A DNA stretch of 64,000 bases from Octopus sinensis. Lineage: Eukaryota. Shown here one piece after another: positions 1 to 12,560 of the stretch (the first letter of the stretch is position 1; each line of letters starts with the position of its first letter). A program made the position numbers and the translations under genes. The notes under the pieces are model-generated. The model had not been told where the DNA came from and did no database searches. It saw nothing but the letters and a program-made list of their open reading frames with translations. The stretch lies in the NCBI RefSeq assembly GCF_006345805.1, contig NC_043002.1:69998001-70062000 (forward strand). Direction: 5' to 3'.

Positions 1-213
1 GTGTCTGTGTGTATATGTTTGTGTGTCTGTGTTTGACCCCCAATATCGCTTAACAACTGGTGGTGGTGTGTTTACATCCCTGTAACTTAGCAGTTCAGCA
101 AAAGAGACCGATAGAATAAGTACTAGGTTTACAAAGAATAAGTCCTGGGGTTGGTTTGCTCAACTAAATGCTGCCACAGTTAAATGACTGAAACAAGTAA
201 AAGAGTAAAGAGT
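1..213 (+). mobile_element. 3' half of tRNA-derived SINE family A
   Basis: Matches the 3' part of the full-length copies at 37093-37498 and 52981-53460. Confidence 0.8.
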
Positions 214-536
214 AATTGGTCTTGCTGTATTTTCTTTCACCCGAAAGTCAGGAACTTTCCAGCATCCTCCATGTCCTGCAGTTACCATTTATCTTTTATT
301 TGTTTCAGCCATTTGACTGTGGCCATGCTGGGGCACCACCGTGAAGAATCTTTAGTCGAATGTGTCAACCCCAGTACTTATTTGTTTTTTTAAAGCCTGG
401 TACTTGTTGTGTTGGAATCTTTTGCTGAACTGCTAAGTGACTGGGATGCAACTACACCAACACCAGTTGTCAAGCGGTAGTGGGGAGGACAAACAAAGTT
501 ACACATACACACACTCATGCACAGACACAGACATTT

Positions 537-593
<57 letters not shown>

Positions 594-654
594 CATGTAT
601 ATATATATATATATATACACATGGCCACATGCCAGATCAGACTGGAGGCTCTCC

Positions 655-812
655 TTGTTTCTCTCCTTGTTTTTTTCTGTGTACCTTTCTGTAGAAGAGC
701 GTAGGCTCGAAACGTAAAAGACTTTTTCTATTCCTGAGCACTATACTAATACATCTGTTTGTTTGTACACCACCTGCCTTCGTCTTTTGTTTATTTTCGT
801 AAACTTTCTCTT

Positions 813-815
<3 letters not shown>
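655..815 (+). mobile_element. Penelope-like pseudo-LTR fragment (family A) containing a hammerhead motif
   Basis: Near-identical to 56705-56850 (+) and to the reverse complements of 27515-27714 and 29436-29700. The last of these lies downstream of a GIY-YIG ORF. Confidence 0.65.
685..720 (+). ncRNA. Minimal type-I hammerhead ribozyme-like motif (family A, core CUGUAGA)
   Basis: CUUU-CUGUAGA-A-GAGC(GUAG)GCUC-GAAA-CG-UA-AAAG: stem I, stem II, GAAA, palindromic ACGU and GUA triplet. Core position 6 is U instead of A. Confidence 0.6.
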
Positions 816-844
<29 letters not shown>

Positions 845-973
845 ATGGGTTTCTTTGGTCAGCCTGAGGCTATTGTCGAAGACACTTTTCCAAGGTGCCA
901 CACGGTGGGACTGAACCTGGAACCATGTGTTTAGGGAGCAACCTTCTTACCACACAGCCATGCTTGTGCCTAT
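845..973 (-). mobile_element. SINE family A 5' head (partial)
   Basis: Reverse complement matches the head ggctgtgtggtaagaag...gttcagtccca...ccttgggcaagtgtctt. Confidence 0.7.
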
Positions 974-1075
974 TAACCATGCCTGTGCCTTATATTTAAT
1001 TCTTTGTAAAATATATTTTCTTTATTCTTTTCATTTCTGTTTCTATTTTTATTTTATATTCATATATATTTTCAG

Positions 1076-1195
1076 ATTTCCTCCTGGTGGCCTTTCCAAG
1101 ATATTTCTTTCAAGACATTTCTTTTCTTCACTTTGTGGCCAGTTTTGGTTCACTGGATGTTTCACATCGCCTCAAAACGCCGGCAGCAGAGATAA
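1076..1195 (+). CDS. ACBD5: Terminal coding exon of an ACBD5-like (acyl-CoA-binding domain protein 5) peroxisomal tail-anchored protein; upstream exons lie before the window
   Basis: Pyrimidine-rich acceptor ...tattttcag at 1075, then phase-0 frame ISSWWPFQDISFKTFLFFTLWPVLVHWMFHIASKRRQQR-TAA. This matches the recalled ACBD5/ACBD4 C-terminus pattern SWWPF...F...WP...W...RRRR (TM helix plus basic tail). Confidence 0.8.
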   Translation: MSSWWPFQDISFKTFLFFTLWPVLVHWMFHIASKRRQQR

Positions 1196-1362
1196 GCTTA
1201 ATTATATTGTGAGTGGTCTTATATTCAAGAATGAAACATTACTTCTAAAATGTACAACTGACAAGACCTGGCAATTTGTATGTTGTGATCCTCTTTGTAT
1301 GTAATATATATATATATTGCATATATATATATATTACATCATCATCATTTAACGTCCATATC

Positions 1363-1399
<37 letters not shown>

Positions 1400-1404
<5 letters not shown>

Positions 1405-1700
1405 TTAACATCTGTTTTCCATGCTAGCATGGGTTGGACGGTTCGACTGGAGTCTGGGAAGCCAGGAGGCTGCACCAGCCTCCAGTCTGATCTGGCAGTG
1501 TTTCTACAGCTGGATGCCCTTCCTAACGCCAACCACTCCGTGAGTGTAGTGGGTGCTTTTTACGTGCCACCGGCAGAGGGGCCAGGGGAGGCTGGCAACG
1601 GCCATGATTGGTTGGTGCTTTTTACGTGCCACCGGCATGGGTATCACAGCTACAATTTCCATTTGATGTTTATTTTGATGTTGATGTACTTGACTCAGTA
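1400..1700 (-). mobile_element. SINE-like interspersed repeat (ggcgttaggaagggcatccagctgtagaaa family)
   Basis: Short fragments of the same motif occur at about 625-655 and 3480-3520. It follows a (CAT)n tract. Confidence 0.55.
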
Positions 1701-2009
1701 GGTCTCCTCAAGCACAGCAGGTCGCCCTACGATCCAAGGTAAGAACAGCAGGCCTTCCTGCGATCCAAGGTCCATATATATATATAACATCAAAATAAAA
1801 ATCAAATATATCTGTAATATAATATGTGACAATTATTTGGTTGCCATAATAAGACTCTGAGTTTTGGATGTCAGGTTGGAAAACTGCTCTGGTATCTTGT
1901 CAGTTATCGAGGCAATCAAAAAATACTATGAAAATGACTGTTAAACAAAGGGAAGTTTTCCACCCTGACATTCGAAACTCAGAGTCTTATTACGGCAACC
2001 AAATAATTG

Positions 2010-2420
2010 GTTGGCCCAAGGCTATAGTAGAAGACACTTGCCCAAGGTGCCATACAATGGGACTGAACCTGGAACTATGTGGTTCATAAGCAAGCTACTT
2101 ACCACACAGCCACTCCTATGTCTGTTAATTATGATTGTTTTTGATGTATTCCCCTGACATGCTGGAGCACCGCGGTGGCATAAACACACCAGCATGGGTT
2201 GTCAAGTGATGTTGGGGGGACAAACACAGACACGCAAACATATGCACACATGTATACGACGGGCTTCTTTCAGTTCCCGTCTACCAAATCCACTCACAAG
2301 GCTTTGGTCGGCCCGAGGCTTACAGCAGAAGACACTTGCCCAAGGTGCCATGCAGTGGGACTGAACATGGAACCATGTGGTTGGTAAGCAAGCTACTTAC
2401 CACACAGCCACTCCTATGCC
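2010..2420 (-). mobile_element. Two adjacent SINE family A fragments
   Basis: The head sequence gaagacacttgcccaaggtgcc...ccacacagccactcct occurs twice (about 2010-2120 and 2260-2420). Confidence 0.7.
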
Positions 2421-2814
2421 TATGCCATTATTTTTATTTTTATCTTTCTAAGGAAGAAACATTGATACATACACATATACACATAAACATTTACTCATTG
2501 CTTTTTGCAACAGCTGATCCCTGTATCAACAGAGGAATTTCTATAGCAGCTAATCTTTTGTATCAGCTGCTCTATGTATCAGTATGTTTGCTTCTACAAT
2601 GGCTAATCCTCTCTTTGTAAACAAATCCTGACCGGCTTATGAGATGAAATGACAGTTTTCCCAGTCTTAGCATGTAAGGGATAGTCTCTTGACATGAAAG
2701 CTGACTGAATATTATATTTCATTCAGACTTCAAATACCAGATTTGAAGACAGGATTTAGAAATTAGAGGCAGAATCTGCTAGTCTGTATTGGTTTTGCTT
2801 AGAAAATAAATACA

Positions 2815-3225
2815 ATCATCATCATCATCATCATCGTCGTCGTCATCATCATCATTGTCATCACCATCAGTCGTCATCATCATAGTTGTCATCATCATCT
2901 TCATCTCACTGCCATTATCATCATCATGAACACCATCACCATCATCATCCTCATCACCATCACCACCACCACCACCACCACCACCACCATCATCATCATT
3001 GTCATTGTCGTCGTCATCATCATTGTCATCACCATCATTGTCATCATCAACATTGTCGTCATCATCTTCATCTCATTGCCATCATCATCATCATCACTAT
3101 CATCACCATCACCATCATCATCATCATCATCACAGCCATCACCATCATCACTGCCATCACCATCATCATAACCACCATCATCATCACCATCATAATCACC
3201 ACCACCACCACCACCACCATCAATA
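2815..3225. repeat. Compound (CAT)n/(CAC)n microsatellite
   Basis: Direct inspection. It explains the poly-His, poly-Ile and poly-Ser ORFs at 2886-3626. Confidence 0.95.
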
Positions 3226-4401
3226 TTGTTATTGTTTTAACCATTCATTTTTCTATGCTCACAGGTCAGTTAGAATTTGTTGAGACACATTTTCCATGGC
3301 CAGATGTCCTTACTTTTGCCAATCGTCATGTGTGTGCATGTGTACATTTGTCTTCACATCATGCAATGGCTGTAAGTGAGCATCATTGTCGCACAAGCGG
3401 TGTTGTTTTTTTCCAGTTTCCCATGGAAAATACATCAAGTTCTGTGTGGGTAAATATTTCTTTGTTTGAAAACAGGTGCGAGTTGGCAACTGGAAGAGCG
3501 TCCAGCTGTAGAAAAAACTGCTTCATCAAATTCTTTCTGGTAAAATGGACATTACATGATGATGATACGCCTTATATGAACAATGACCTTTTTTGTTTAA
3601 CCTATGCTACAGTCTTTGCTAAATAGCTTCTAAGTAAAAGTTATTGATCGAAAACAGGAACCATGCCAATTTTAACGTCTATATTTTTGTTTTATATTTA
3701 TAATTTTATGCTTTACGTGTTTAAAATTTCCAGTGTTTTCTTTTAGATTTTTTTCTTTTATTTTTTGACAGTGGTTTCATAGAAATATATAAATATTTAT
3801 AGGAGCAGATATGGTTGAGTGGTTGAGAATTTGCTTTGTAATCGTGTAGTTTTGGGGTTCCGTTTTACTGTACTACACTTTGGGCAAGTGTCTTTTGCTG
3901 TTAGCTCCAGCCCTACCAATGCCTTGTAAGAATGTGCTTGCCAGACGGAAACTATTTAGAAGCATGTTTACATGTGTATGAGTGTCTGTCTCTGTGTGTG
4001 TGTGTGTATTTGTTTGTGCTTGTCCTTCATCGCTTGATAGCTGGTGTTGGTTTGCGTATGACCTCATAATTTAGCAGAAATAGGAATACATAAGGTACTG
4101 ATACAATATGAACCAGACTTAAAGTTAGTACTGGGGTCGTTTTGATTGACTAAAACCCTTAATGATGGTGCCCCAACATGGGGTTGCATGGTAGATAGAA
4201 ACTATGAAGCCTTTATGTATATAGGCATTAAGGTGGCTCTGGCCACCCTCGTCAACAGGGACAAAACCTGGATTTAAAACACTGGATGATGATGATGACT
4301 TGTTCATCCTCAAAATTATTTTCACTTATTTTATAATTTTACACAGCATATTATAATGACCCACATGTGTTTCCACTGCACAGACTACTGGCAGTTTTAT
4401 A

Positions 4402-4758
4402 TCTCTCTCTATATAAACGGCAGTTTGTCTGTGTGTGTTTCTGTGTGTCTGTTTGGTTGTACCCTCACTCTGACCACGGCTTTCAACTGATTCTGATGAA
4501 ACTTGACACACACATAGCCCAATGTCATAATTCAAAACTAACGCAGCAAAAATTTTGAAAAGTTCCCCCAGTTCTGAAAAAGATCGATAAATTCGACATG
4601 GGGTCGACAATCAGAAACACAAACCACAGATGGTCTAGGGGACGCAACTCGACCTTTTTAACTATCAAAAAAAAATAAACCATCATTTTTTCCCCATTTT
4701 TTGGCTATAACTCTCTAAAAATGCTTACAAACACGAGCAACGCCGGGCGATACTGCTA

Positions 4759-4759
<1 letters not shown>
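4402..4759 (+). mobile_element. Non-autonomous Helitron-like element
   Basis: Starts A|TC (atctctctctatataaacggc), ends with GC-rich gcaacgccgggcg followed by CTAG|T, and has no TSD. Confidence 0.6.
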
Positions 4760-4810
<51 letters not shown>

Positions 4811-4934
4811 ATATGTAAATATAAATTGACATTGACAGCCATGTGCAATGTGTTACCAAAAAGGAAAATTATAATTGTTCTGATATCCTACTCACATTTA
4901 GTGACAATTATCTCTCTCTCTTCCTCTCTCTCTT

Positions 4935-5008
<74 letters not shown>

Positions 5009-5029
5009 TATATGTATGTGTGTGTATAT

Positions 5030-5240
5030 GTTTGTGTGTCTGTGTTTGTCCCTGTCCAACGTTGCTTGGCAACCAACGTTGGCATGTTTACATCCCTGTA
5101 ACTTAGTGGTTCGGCAAAAGAGACCAATGGAATAAGGACTAGGCTTACATAGAATACGTCCCCGGGGTCGATTTATTCAAACAGAGGTGGTGCTCCAGCA
5201 TGGCTCTAGGAAAATGACTGAAACAAATAAAAGAATAAAA
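5030..5240 (+). mobile_element. SINE family A 3' half
   Basis: Similar to 1-213. Confidence 0.7.
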
Positions 5241-5756
5241 AAAAAAAGAATATACCCACGCCCCCTCCTTCACATTTTATTCCTTTATCTGTCTGCTTTT
5301 TCACTTATGCAATATCCCTGTTTCTATGTATTTTCAGCTTCTGCATCATCCAATTCAGCTGTGATATCTGTCGAATCTAGTTGATGAGTCAGTCTTCAAG
5401 GCCCAAACATGTCTGTTGGAAAGAATTAAAAAAAAACAACCAATGATGCCACACTGTATAAGACTTGTCGTGCCATATCAGAACACCACCTCATATAACC
5501 ATCACCTCACACCTCTGTATAAGGTTAACGAACAACAAAATACCACCACACTATATAATACTGCTATGTACTACATTAGACTACCATAACACATAAGATG
5601 TAAGACTATCATAACACGTAAGATGATCACACTACATTGTACCATCTCATGAAATAACAAAACAGCTCTATGTAACACTACTAAATAACATAATGTCACC
5701 AAGTCACACCATGTTAGTATCTCTATGTGATGAGCTAATGAAATTGTTAACATAGT

Positions 5757-6215
5757 CACTCCATCTGCTAGAAATAGCAGCCAAATCTTCCTCATATCCT
5801 ACTATTTTATACTAGCAAAAATGTCCCTTTTGGCTAGTGTAGTCTATGGTCTGCTGTGTACCATAACAGAATTGTAATGGTTGGAATGCTTTTGATCATA
5901 GGTTTAGTCATTCCATCTGCTAGAAATGGCAGTCAAACCTTCCTCTGATCCTATCTCTTTTTTTTTTAAAAGAGAAATGGACATTTTGACGCTAGTGTAG
6001 TGTAGATTGCACTGTGTCTGAATAAAAGACAGGAGCATTATGGTTGGATTATAGGTTTAATCACTCCAACTGCTAGAAATGGCAACCAAATCTTCTTTAC
6101 ATACTATCATCTTTAAAAAAAAGGACAATTTGGTCTCTAGTGTAGTGTAGATTACACTGTGTCTGAATAATAGAGACAATGGTCATGGTTGGAATGCCTT
6201 TGATCATAGGTTTGC
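5757..6215 (+). repeat. Three diverged tandem units of about 152 bp
   Basis: Units start ca(c/t)tcca(t/a)ctgctagaaat at about 5757, 5909 and 6062 and end near ggttgga...ataggttt. A dispersed relative lies at about 57385-57550. Confidence 0.75.
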
Positions 6216-6699
6216 TTAATCAATTCTGATCTGGGACTAAATGGAAATAACAACCTCTCTGCCACATACTCGAACCTCTCCACCTCAACCCTACATGACC
6301 CCAACTCTTACCAACACTTTAACACAAATTAAACCACTCTCTATATTACTTATCACATTACACCATGCTATGTTCCATGCTGTAGAATAGTGTACACACT
6401 ATACTATACTATAATCTATATTGCATACTACGTTATACACCACACTAAACCAGATTACATACCACTATGCATCATATTACATTGTGCTACACTCCACACA
6501 CCACTACAACACAAACCACTACAACATACACCACTACAACAGATACTGCTACAACACATGATATGACACACAATCCTCATTTTATACACACTTTGCTATA
6601 CACTGCATTATACATTCGATCAAACTAAATTCCACATCATTACACACCACATTGTCCTATACCACAACAAACTTTTTGTAATAACATGTCTTCTGTCTC

Positions 6700-6915
6700 C
6701 ACTTCTTACTCATGATAGATTGAGTGTCACACTTCACTCATGACAGATTGAATGTTACATTTCACTCATGATGGATTGTGCGCTATGTTTCACACTGATG
6801 AATTGAGTATCGCACTTCACTCGAGACTGATTCATTATCACACATCACTCAAAATGAATTGTACGTCACTCTTTGCTCCTGATGGATTTTATATCATTCC
6901 TGATTAATGATGGAT
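6700..6915. repeat. Degenerate minisatellite of about 28 bp (about 7-8 units)
   Basis: Recurring unit cacttcactcatga(c/t)(a/g)gattga(a/g)tgt. Confidence 0.7.
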
Positions 6916-7175
6916 CCAATGTTAATTCCCATTTCTCATTACTGGTTGTTTGAGTGCCACTTGTTATCCAATGATGAAAAATAATCATCAGCTTTTAGTG
7001 TTGGCTGATGGTGGTGGTAGGGTATCAAGTGGCAGTGGGAGTGAAATCTGTAATCATGTTCCCTAAATGAAAGGAAATGAGTGTGTGTGTGTGTGTGTGT
7101 CATTGAGTGAGCTTATGTGTGTTTGTATATGTGCATGTATGGATATGTTTGTGTGGCTGTGTGGTAAGTAGCTAT

Positions 7176-7570
7176 AGGTGCAGGAGTGGCTGTGTGGTCA
7201 GTAAGCTTGCTTAGCAGCCACATGGATCTGGGTTCAGTCCCACTGCGTGGCACCATGGGCAAGTGTCTTCTACTATAGCCTTGGGCCGACCAAAGCCTTG
7301 TGAGTGGATTTAGTAGACAGAAATTGAAAGAAGCCCATCGTATATATATATTTATATAGATATATATGTATATGCATATGTTTGTGTGTCTGTTTGACAA
7401 CTGATGCTGGTGTGTTTATATCCCCATAACTTAGCGGTTTGGCAAAAGAGAATGATAGAATAAGTACTAGGCTTACAAAGAATAAGTCCTGGGGTTGATT
7501 TATTCAACTAAAGGTGGTGCTCCAGCATGGCCACAGTCAAATGACTGAAACGAATACAAGAATAAAAGAA
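7176..7570 (+). mobile_element. Full-length tRNA-derived SINE family A
   Basis: Head ggctgtgtggtcagtaag...ggttcagtccc (A/B-box-like), central TA/TG tract, 3' end gaaacgaatacaagaataaaaga. Confidence 0.85.
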
Positions 7571-7630
7571 TATATGTATATATATTTACATATAATGTGT
7601 GTGTGTATATATCTATATATTTATATGTGT

Positions 7631-7682
<52 letters not shown>

Positions 7683-7683
<1 letters not shown>

Positions 7684-7916
7684 AGGGTGGCCCAAAAGTA
7701 GGTTTACAGTTATAATGTAGGCACATTAAATTTCTTTTAAAACATTTTATTACGTTTAAATTTATATCTTACAAACTGAAAAGGGAGCTTGACAAAATTA
7801 ATGAAATTAGCATAGAATAATTGTTTCATATTTTTTACAATTAGGATCTAAACTGTTAATATATAAATGCGAAAGAGATAGTTGAATAACTGGAAGCCTA
7901 CTTTTAGGCCACCCTG
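7683..7916. mobile_element. Tc1/mariner MITE
   Basis: TIRs CAGGGTGGCC(C/T)AAAAGTAGG at both ends, flanked by TA on each side. Confidence 0.85.
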
Positions 7917-8650
7917 TATATATATAATGTGACTGACCACACTATTGGGTGTTGTTATACAACGCTGGTCACAATGCACTTTGTATCATTTTAGCTTTTG
8001 AATGATGCTATCCTGCTGGCATGGTGAGCAGGCCAACATTCCCTCTGATTGGAAGGTTAGTCCGTTGGACTGGACCAACATGAAATGAAGTGTCTTTCTC
8101 AAAAACACAATGCACAGCTGCTCTGGGAACCAATCCCACAATCTTATGACCATGAATGCAACACACCTAACCTCTAGGCCAGGCACCTTCACATTATATA
8201 TATATATAATGTATATATGATGTGTGCTTGTGTATATTTATAGTTTTCATAAGCATTGTCTGATAGATAAATATTTAAAATTATCTTTTAAAAGCCAAAA
8301 CAATAGAAGTTATTAATAATTTATGATAATAACACACATCAATGGTTAGTATTTTTACTTGATTATTTCAATATTTCAGGTTAGCACTAACTATTGACTT
8401 GTTTTGTTAAGTTATATAACTTGGATTATCTTAGCTTTTAAACAAACAAACAAACAAAAATTATAATTAAAGATACATATTTTTTATCTATATATATATA
8501 AACACATGTTATATATACATATGAGTGTCTATATAATGTATGCTTATATATTAGTGTGTGTACATAAATGGGTACATGTATATATCAATGTGTGTGTGTG
8601 TGTATCTATCTATCTGTCTGTCTATCTATCTATCTTTATACATACATACA

Positions 8651-8685
<35 letters not shown>

Positions 8686-8704
8686 ACACACGCACATATA
8701 TATG

Positions 8705-8814
<110 letters not shown>

Positions 8815-8978
8815 GATAAATACATATAAGAGGGATGGCCTTTAAGTGGACATCAATTATGCTAGAAGATCCTCTATGGTCCTGCCACCAAGATTTTTCA
8901 ATATGCTAGACCACTGGTTTTAAATTGATATTAATCAAATTAATATTCAATTTTTCACCTTTATTATTTTAAATACAG

Positions 8979-9020
<42 letters not shown>

Positions 9021-10611
9021 CGAGAGAGAGAGAGAGAGAGATAGAAATGATTGAAAAAGAAATGAATGACATTCCTTAATCAAAATCACTACAATTATTT
9101 CGATACATGTTTGAAACAATTGTAGTATATCCAGTAGCAAGAAAAGTTTCACTGTCTGCTGACACCAGGTAGCCATTAACAGTGGACAAGCTTTGCATAA
9201 CATTCTACAAGGTTTTTATCCGAATCATATTAAATTATGTATATATGTGTACACACACAGCACTCATATCTATATGTATGTATGTCTATATACATCTGTG
9301 AATATTTGTGATTGCTTGGATACAGCTTTTCCTTAAAAATGTTATATTAAAGACAGCTGTTTTCAGATTTAATATTTTTTTATTAATTTTATCATCTATT
9401 TTCTTTTATTTATTTTTAGTGTTTTTCAATTTTGTTTTGTCTCATTCCGAACAATAATATTCCTATGTCCATTGACTTTTCAAGACCTCTCGGTCCTATC
9501 ATCTGAATGAAAATGATGATAACAGTGGCTGAGAAGGTTTTGTAACTTTGATAGCGTTAGGAACCTTATTGTTCTGAACCAGGCTTCAAATACTAAGATA
9601 ATATGGGGAAAAAAGAAAGAAAAAAAACATTAAAAAAACAGACCCCTTTCCCATAAAACCTGTTAATAAAGAGTTTGAACTTGAACGGTTGTGTCCTCAG
9701 TGTGATATAATATAATATAATGTAATTTATATATATATATAATATCAATGCATATGTATATGTGTGTGTGTGTGTTTACAAGCACACACATACTCACAGT
9801 TGTTGTCATCCTTCTCTAAACCCGTTCATTATATGTTCACAATTCAATGAACAAGCTAATGTTTAAAAGAAAAATGCTTAAAAAATGTTTATAGTAAAAA
9901 AAAATATCAAAATATAAATATATTTAAAGAATGATGATGATGGCGTTGATGATGATGATGATAATGATGATAATAATAATAGTAATATTAAGGAAAAAGC
10001 ATAGAAGACAACAAAGTCAATAAAATGCGAAACAAGTTGGATAAAAAAAAGAAAAAAAACATAGACATACACAAATGAAATGATAGTTTATTGTTTGTTG
10101 TTTGTATTGTTGTGTTTGATTTTTATCATCTTTCAGCATGATTAATGGTTGTATTGGTGTATTTAACAAAAATATTGTCTGAAAACAAGGACAATGCTCT
10201 TAGTTCTGAAAGGCTTTGATTTGTGAGAAATGTCAGGGCAGGAGGTTGTAAGAGCCAAAAAAAAAAAAAACCAACACCCCCAAAAATAAAAAATGTTGAA
10301 TATTTCCTAAACTATACTGAAATCACCAAGTATATCATTATTATTATTTATTTTCATAAATAATTTTTTTTCCTAAAAGAAAAAGACAATGGCCATTATT
10401 TTTCGAGTCTTTGAATGGGAGAGGAGTGGGGTTGCAGAGAGTTAAGGGTGGACAAAAAAAAAAAGAAACATATTTGCTCATGTATAAGTCACATTTGTGT
10501 AAAATCTTGGTTCAAAATATTATCCCCCTTCATAGTTTTAGCTTTGCCTCGTAAGTCACACCCTAGTTATTTTCATTTAAAATTAAGTATAAAATAGTGC
10601 AACTTATACAC

Positions 10612-10925
10612 ATGTGCAGGAGTGGCTGTGTGGTAAGTAGCTTGCTTACCCACCACATGGTTCTGGGTTCAGTTCCACTGCATGGCACCTTGTCTTTTAC
10701 TGTAGCCTCAGGCCGACCAAAGCCTTGTGAGTGGATTTGGCAGATGGAAACTGAAAGAAACCCGTCGTATGTTTATATGTGTGTGTATATGTTTGTGTGT
10801 GTGTGTGTGTGTGCTTGATAACCGATGCTGGTGCGTTTACGTCCCTGTAACTTAGCGGTTCAGCTAAAGAGACCAATAGAATAAGTACTACGCTTACAAA
10901 GATTGAAACAAGTAAAATAATAAAA
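10612..10925 (+). mobile_element. SINE family A (near full-length, 3' deletion)
   Basis: Aligns to 37093-37498. Confidence 0.8.
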
Positions 10926-11190
10926 GAATGTAAATACAGCGTTTTCTAAACTATGCAAGCACAATCAACTGTGTTTCTGAGACGATCCAATACCTACCTG
11001 CTTGTGTTAGTGAACTGGGAAATGTGGAATAAAGTGTTCTGTTTGTTAAAAAACGAAAAGGCTCACTTTGTGGTTCCAGGTTCAGTCCCACTGCACAGCG
11101 CTTTGGGCAAGTGTCCTCATTGCTCAATGATCAGCTCCAGGCTGACCAATGTGAGTGAATTTGGTACAGGGAAACTATATAGAAGCCCGT

Positions 11191-11224
<34 letters not shown>

Positions 11225-11394
11225 AGACGGTCGTTAAACGACGTTGATGATGATGACACACACACTGCTTCTTTTAGTATTCATCAAAACTCCGACGACG
11301 GGAACGTGTTTATCTGAGTAACAGTTCTGTGAATATTTTGCAGCTTAGCCCTCATAATAGTGTGTGTGTATATATGTACACACACATACACCCG

Positions 11395-11625
11395 TCGTAT
11401 GTATATGTATATATGTGTGTGTCTGTGTTTGTGTGTCTGTGTTTGTTCCCCCAACATAGCTTGACAATCGATGCTGGTGTGTTTACGTCCCCGTAACTTA
11501 GCGGTTCGGCAAGAGAGCGTTAAAATAAGTACTAGGCTTACAAAGAATGTCGATTTGCTCGACTAAAGGCGGTGCTCCAGCATGGCCACAGTCAAATGAC
11601 TGTAACAAGTCAAAGACTAAAAGAG
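11395..11625 (+). mobile_element. SINE family A 3' half
   Basis: Aligns to 37250-37498. Confidence 0.75.
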
Positions 11626-11675
11626 TAACCGTACTCCTTGTTGACGCCAATCTTTTCTTTCACACACACACACAC

Positions 11676-11709
<34 letters not shown>

Positions 11710-11727
11710 AAATATATACACATACAT

Positions 11728-11769
<42 letters not shown>

Positions 11770-11791
11770 ATAATATATAATATATATATAT

Positions 11792-11831
<40 letters not shown>

Positions 11832-11845
11832 TACACATACATATT

Positions 11846-11890
<45 letters not shown>

Positions 11891-11895
11891 TTTAA

Positions 11896-12203
11896 AGACG
11901 ACGACGAGGGTCCCAGCTGATACGATCAACGGAACAGCTTGCTCGTGAAATTAACGTGCAAATGGCTGAGCATTCCACAGACACGTGTACCCTTAACGTA
12001 GTTCTCGGGGATAATCAGCGTGACACAGAGAGTGACAAGGCTGACCCTTTGAAATACAAGTACAACTCATTTTTGCCAGCTGAGTGGACTGGAGCAACGT
12101 GAAATAAAGTGTCTTGCTCAAGGACACAACGCGTTGCCGGGAATCGAACTCACAACCTTACGATCATGAGCCGAATGCCCTAACCACTAAGCCACGCGCC
12201 CTC
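11896..12203 (-). mobile_element. tRNA-derived SINE family B
   Basis: Reverse complement starts ggcgcgtggcttagtggttagggcattcggctc...gagttcgattccc (A and B boxes), then gtgtccttgagcaagacac. Confidence 0.85.
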
Positions 12204-12245
12204 ACATATATAATATATACACTACATATATATATATATAAAATA

Positions 12246-12283
<38 letters not shown>

Positions 12284-12295
12284 TATATATATAAT

Positions 12296-12337
<42 letters not shown>

Positions 12338-12427
12338 ATATAGGTAAACAGTAAAAATAATTACAGACATGGACAAGAACATGAAACACCACAGAGACGA
12401 CATATATATAAAATATATATATATAAA

Positions 12428-12470
<43 letters not shown>

Positions 12471-12475
12471 TATAT

Positions 12476-12518
<43 letters not shown>

Positions 12519-12523
12519 TATAT

Positions 12524-12557
<34 letters not shown>

Positions 12558-12560
<3 letters not shown>

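Noticed and set aside
927-1304. 125-aa ORF overlapping the ACBD5-like exon
   Set aside because: Wrong frame. It starts inside a SINE, and the phase-0 frame after the acceptor gives the recognisable WWPF/TM/basic tail.
2886-3626. 246-aa His-rich ORF
   Set aside because: Built from (CAT)n/(CAC)n repeats plus repeat fragments, with no domain.
8860-9530. Several short AG-started frames on both strands
   Set aside because: Mutually incompatible, weak donors, and within chance expectation.
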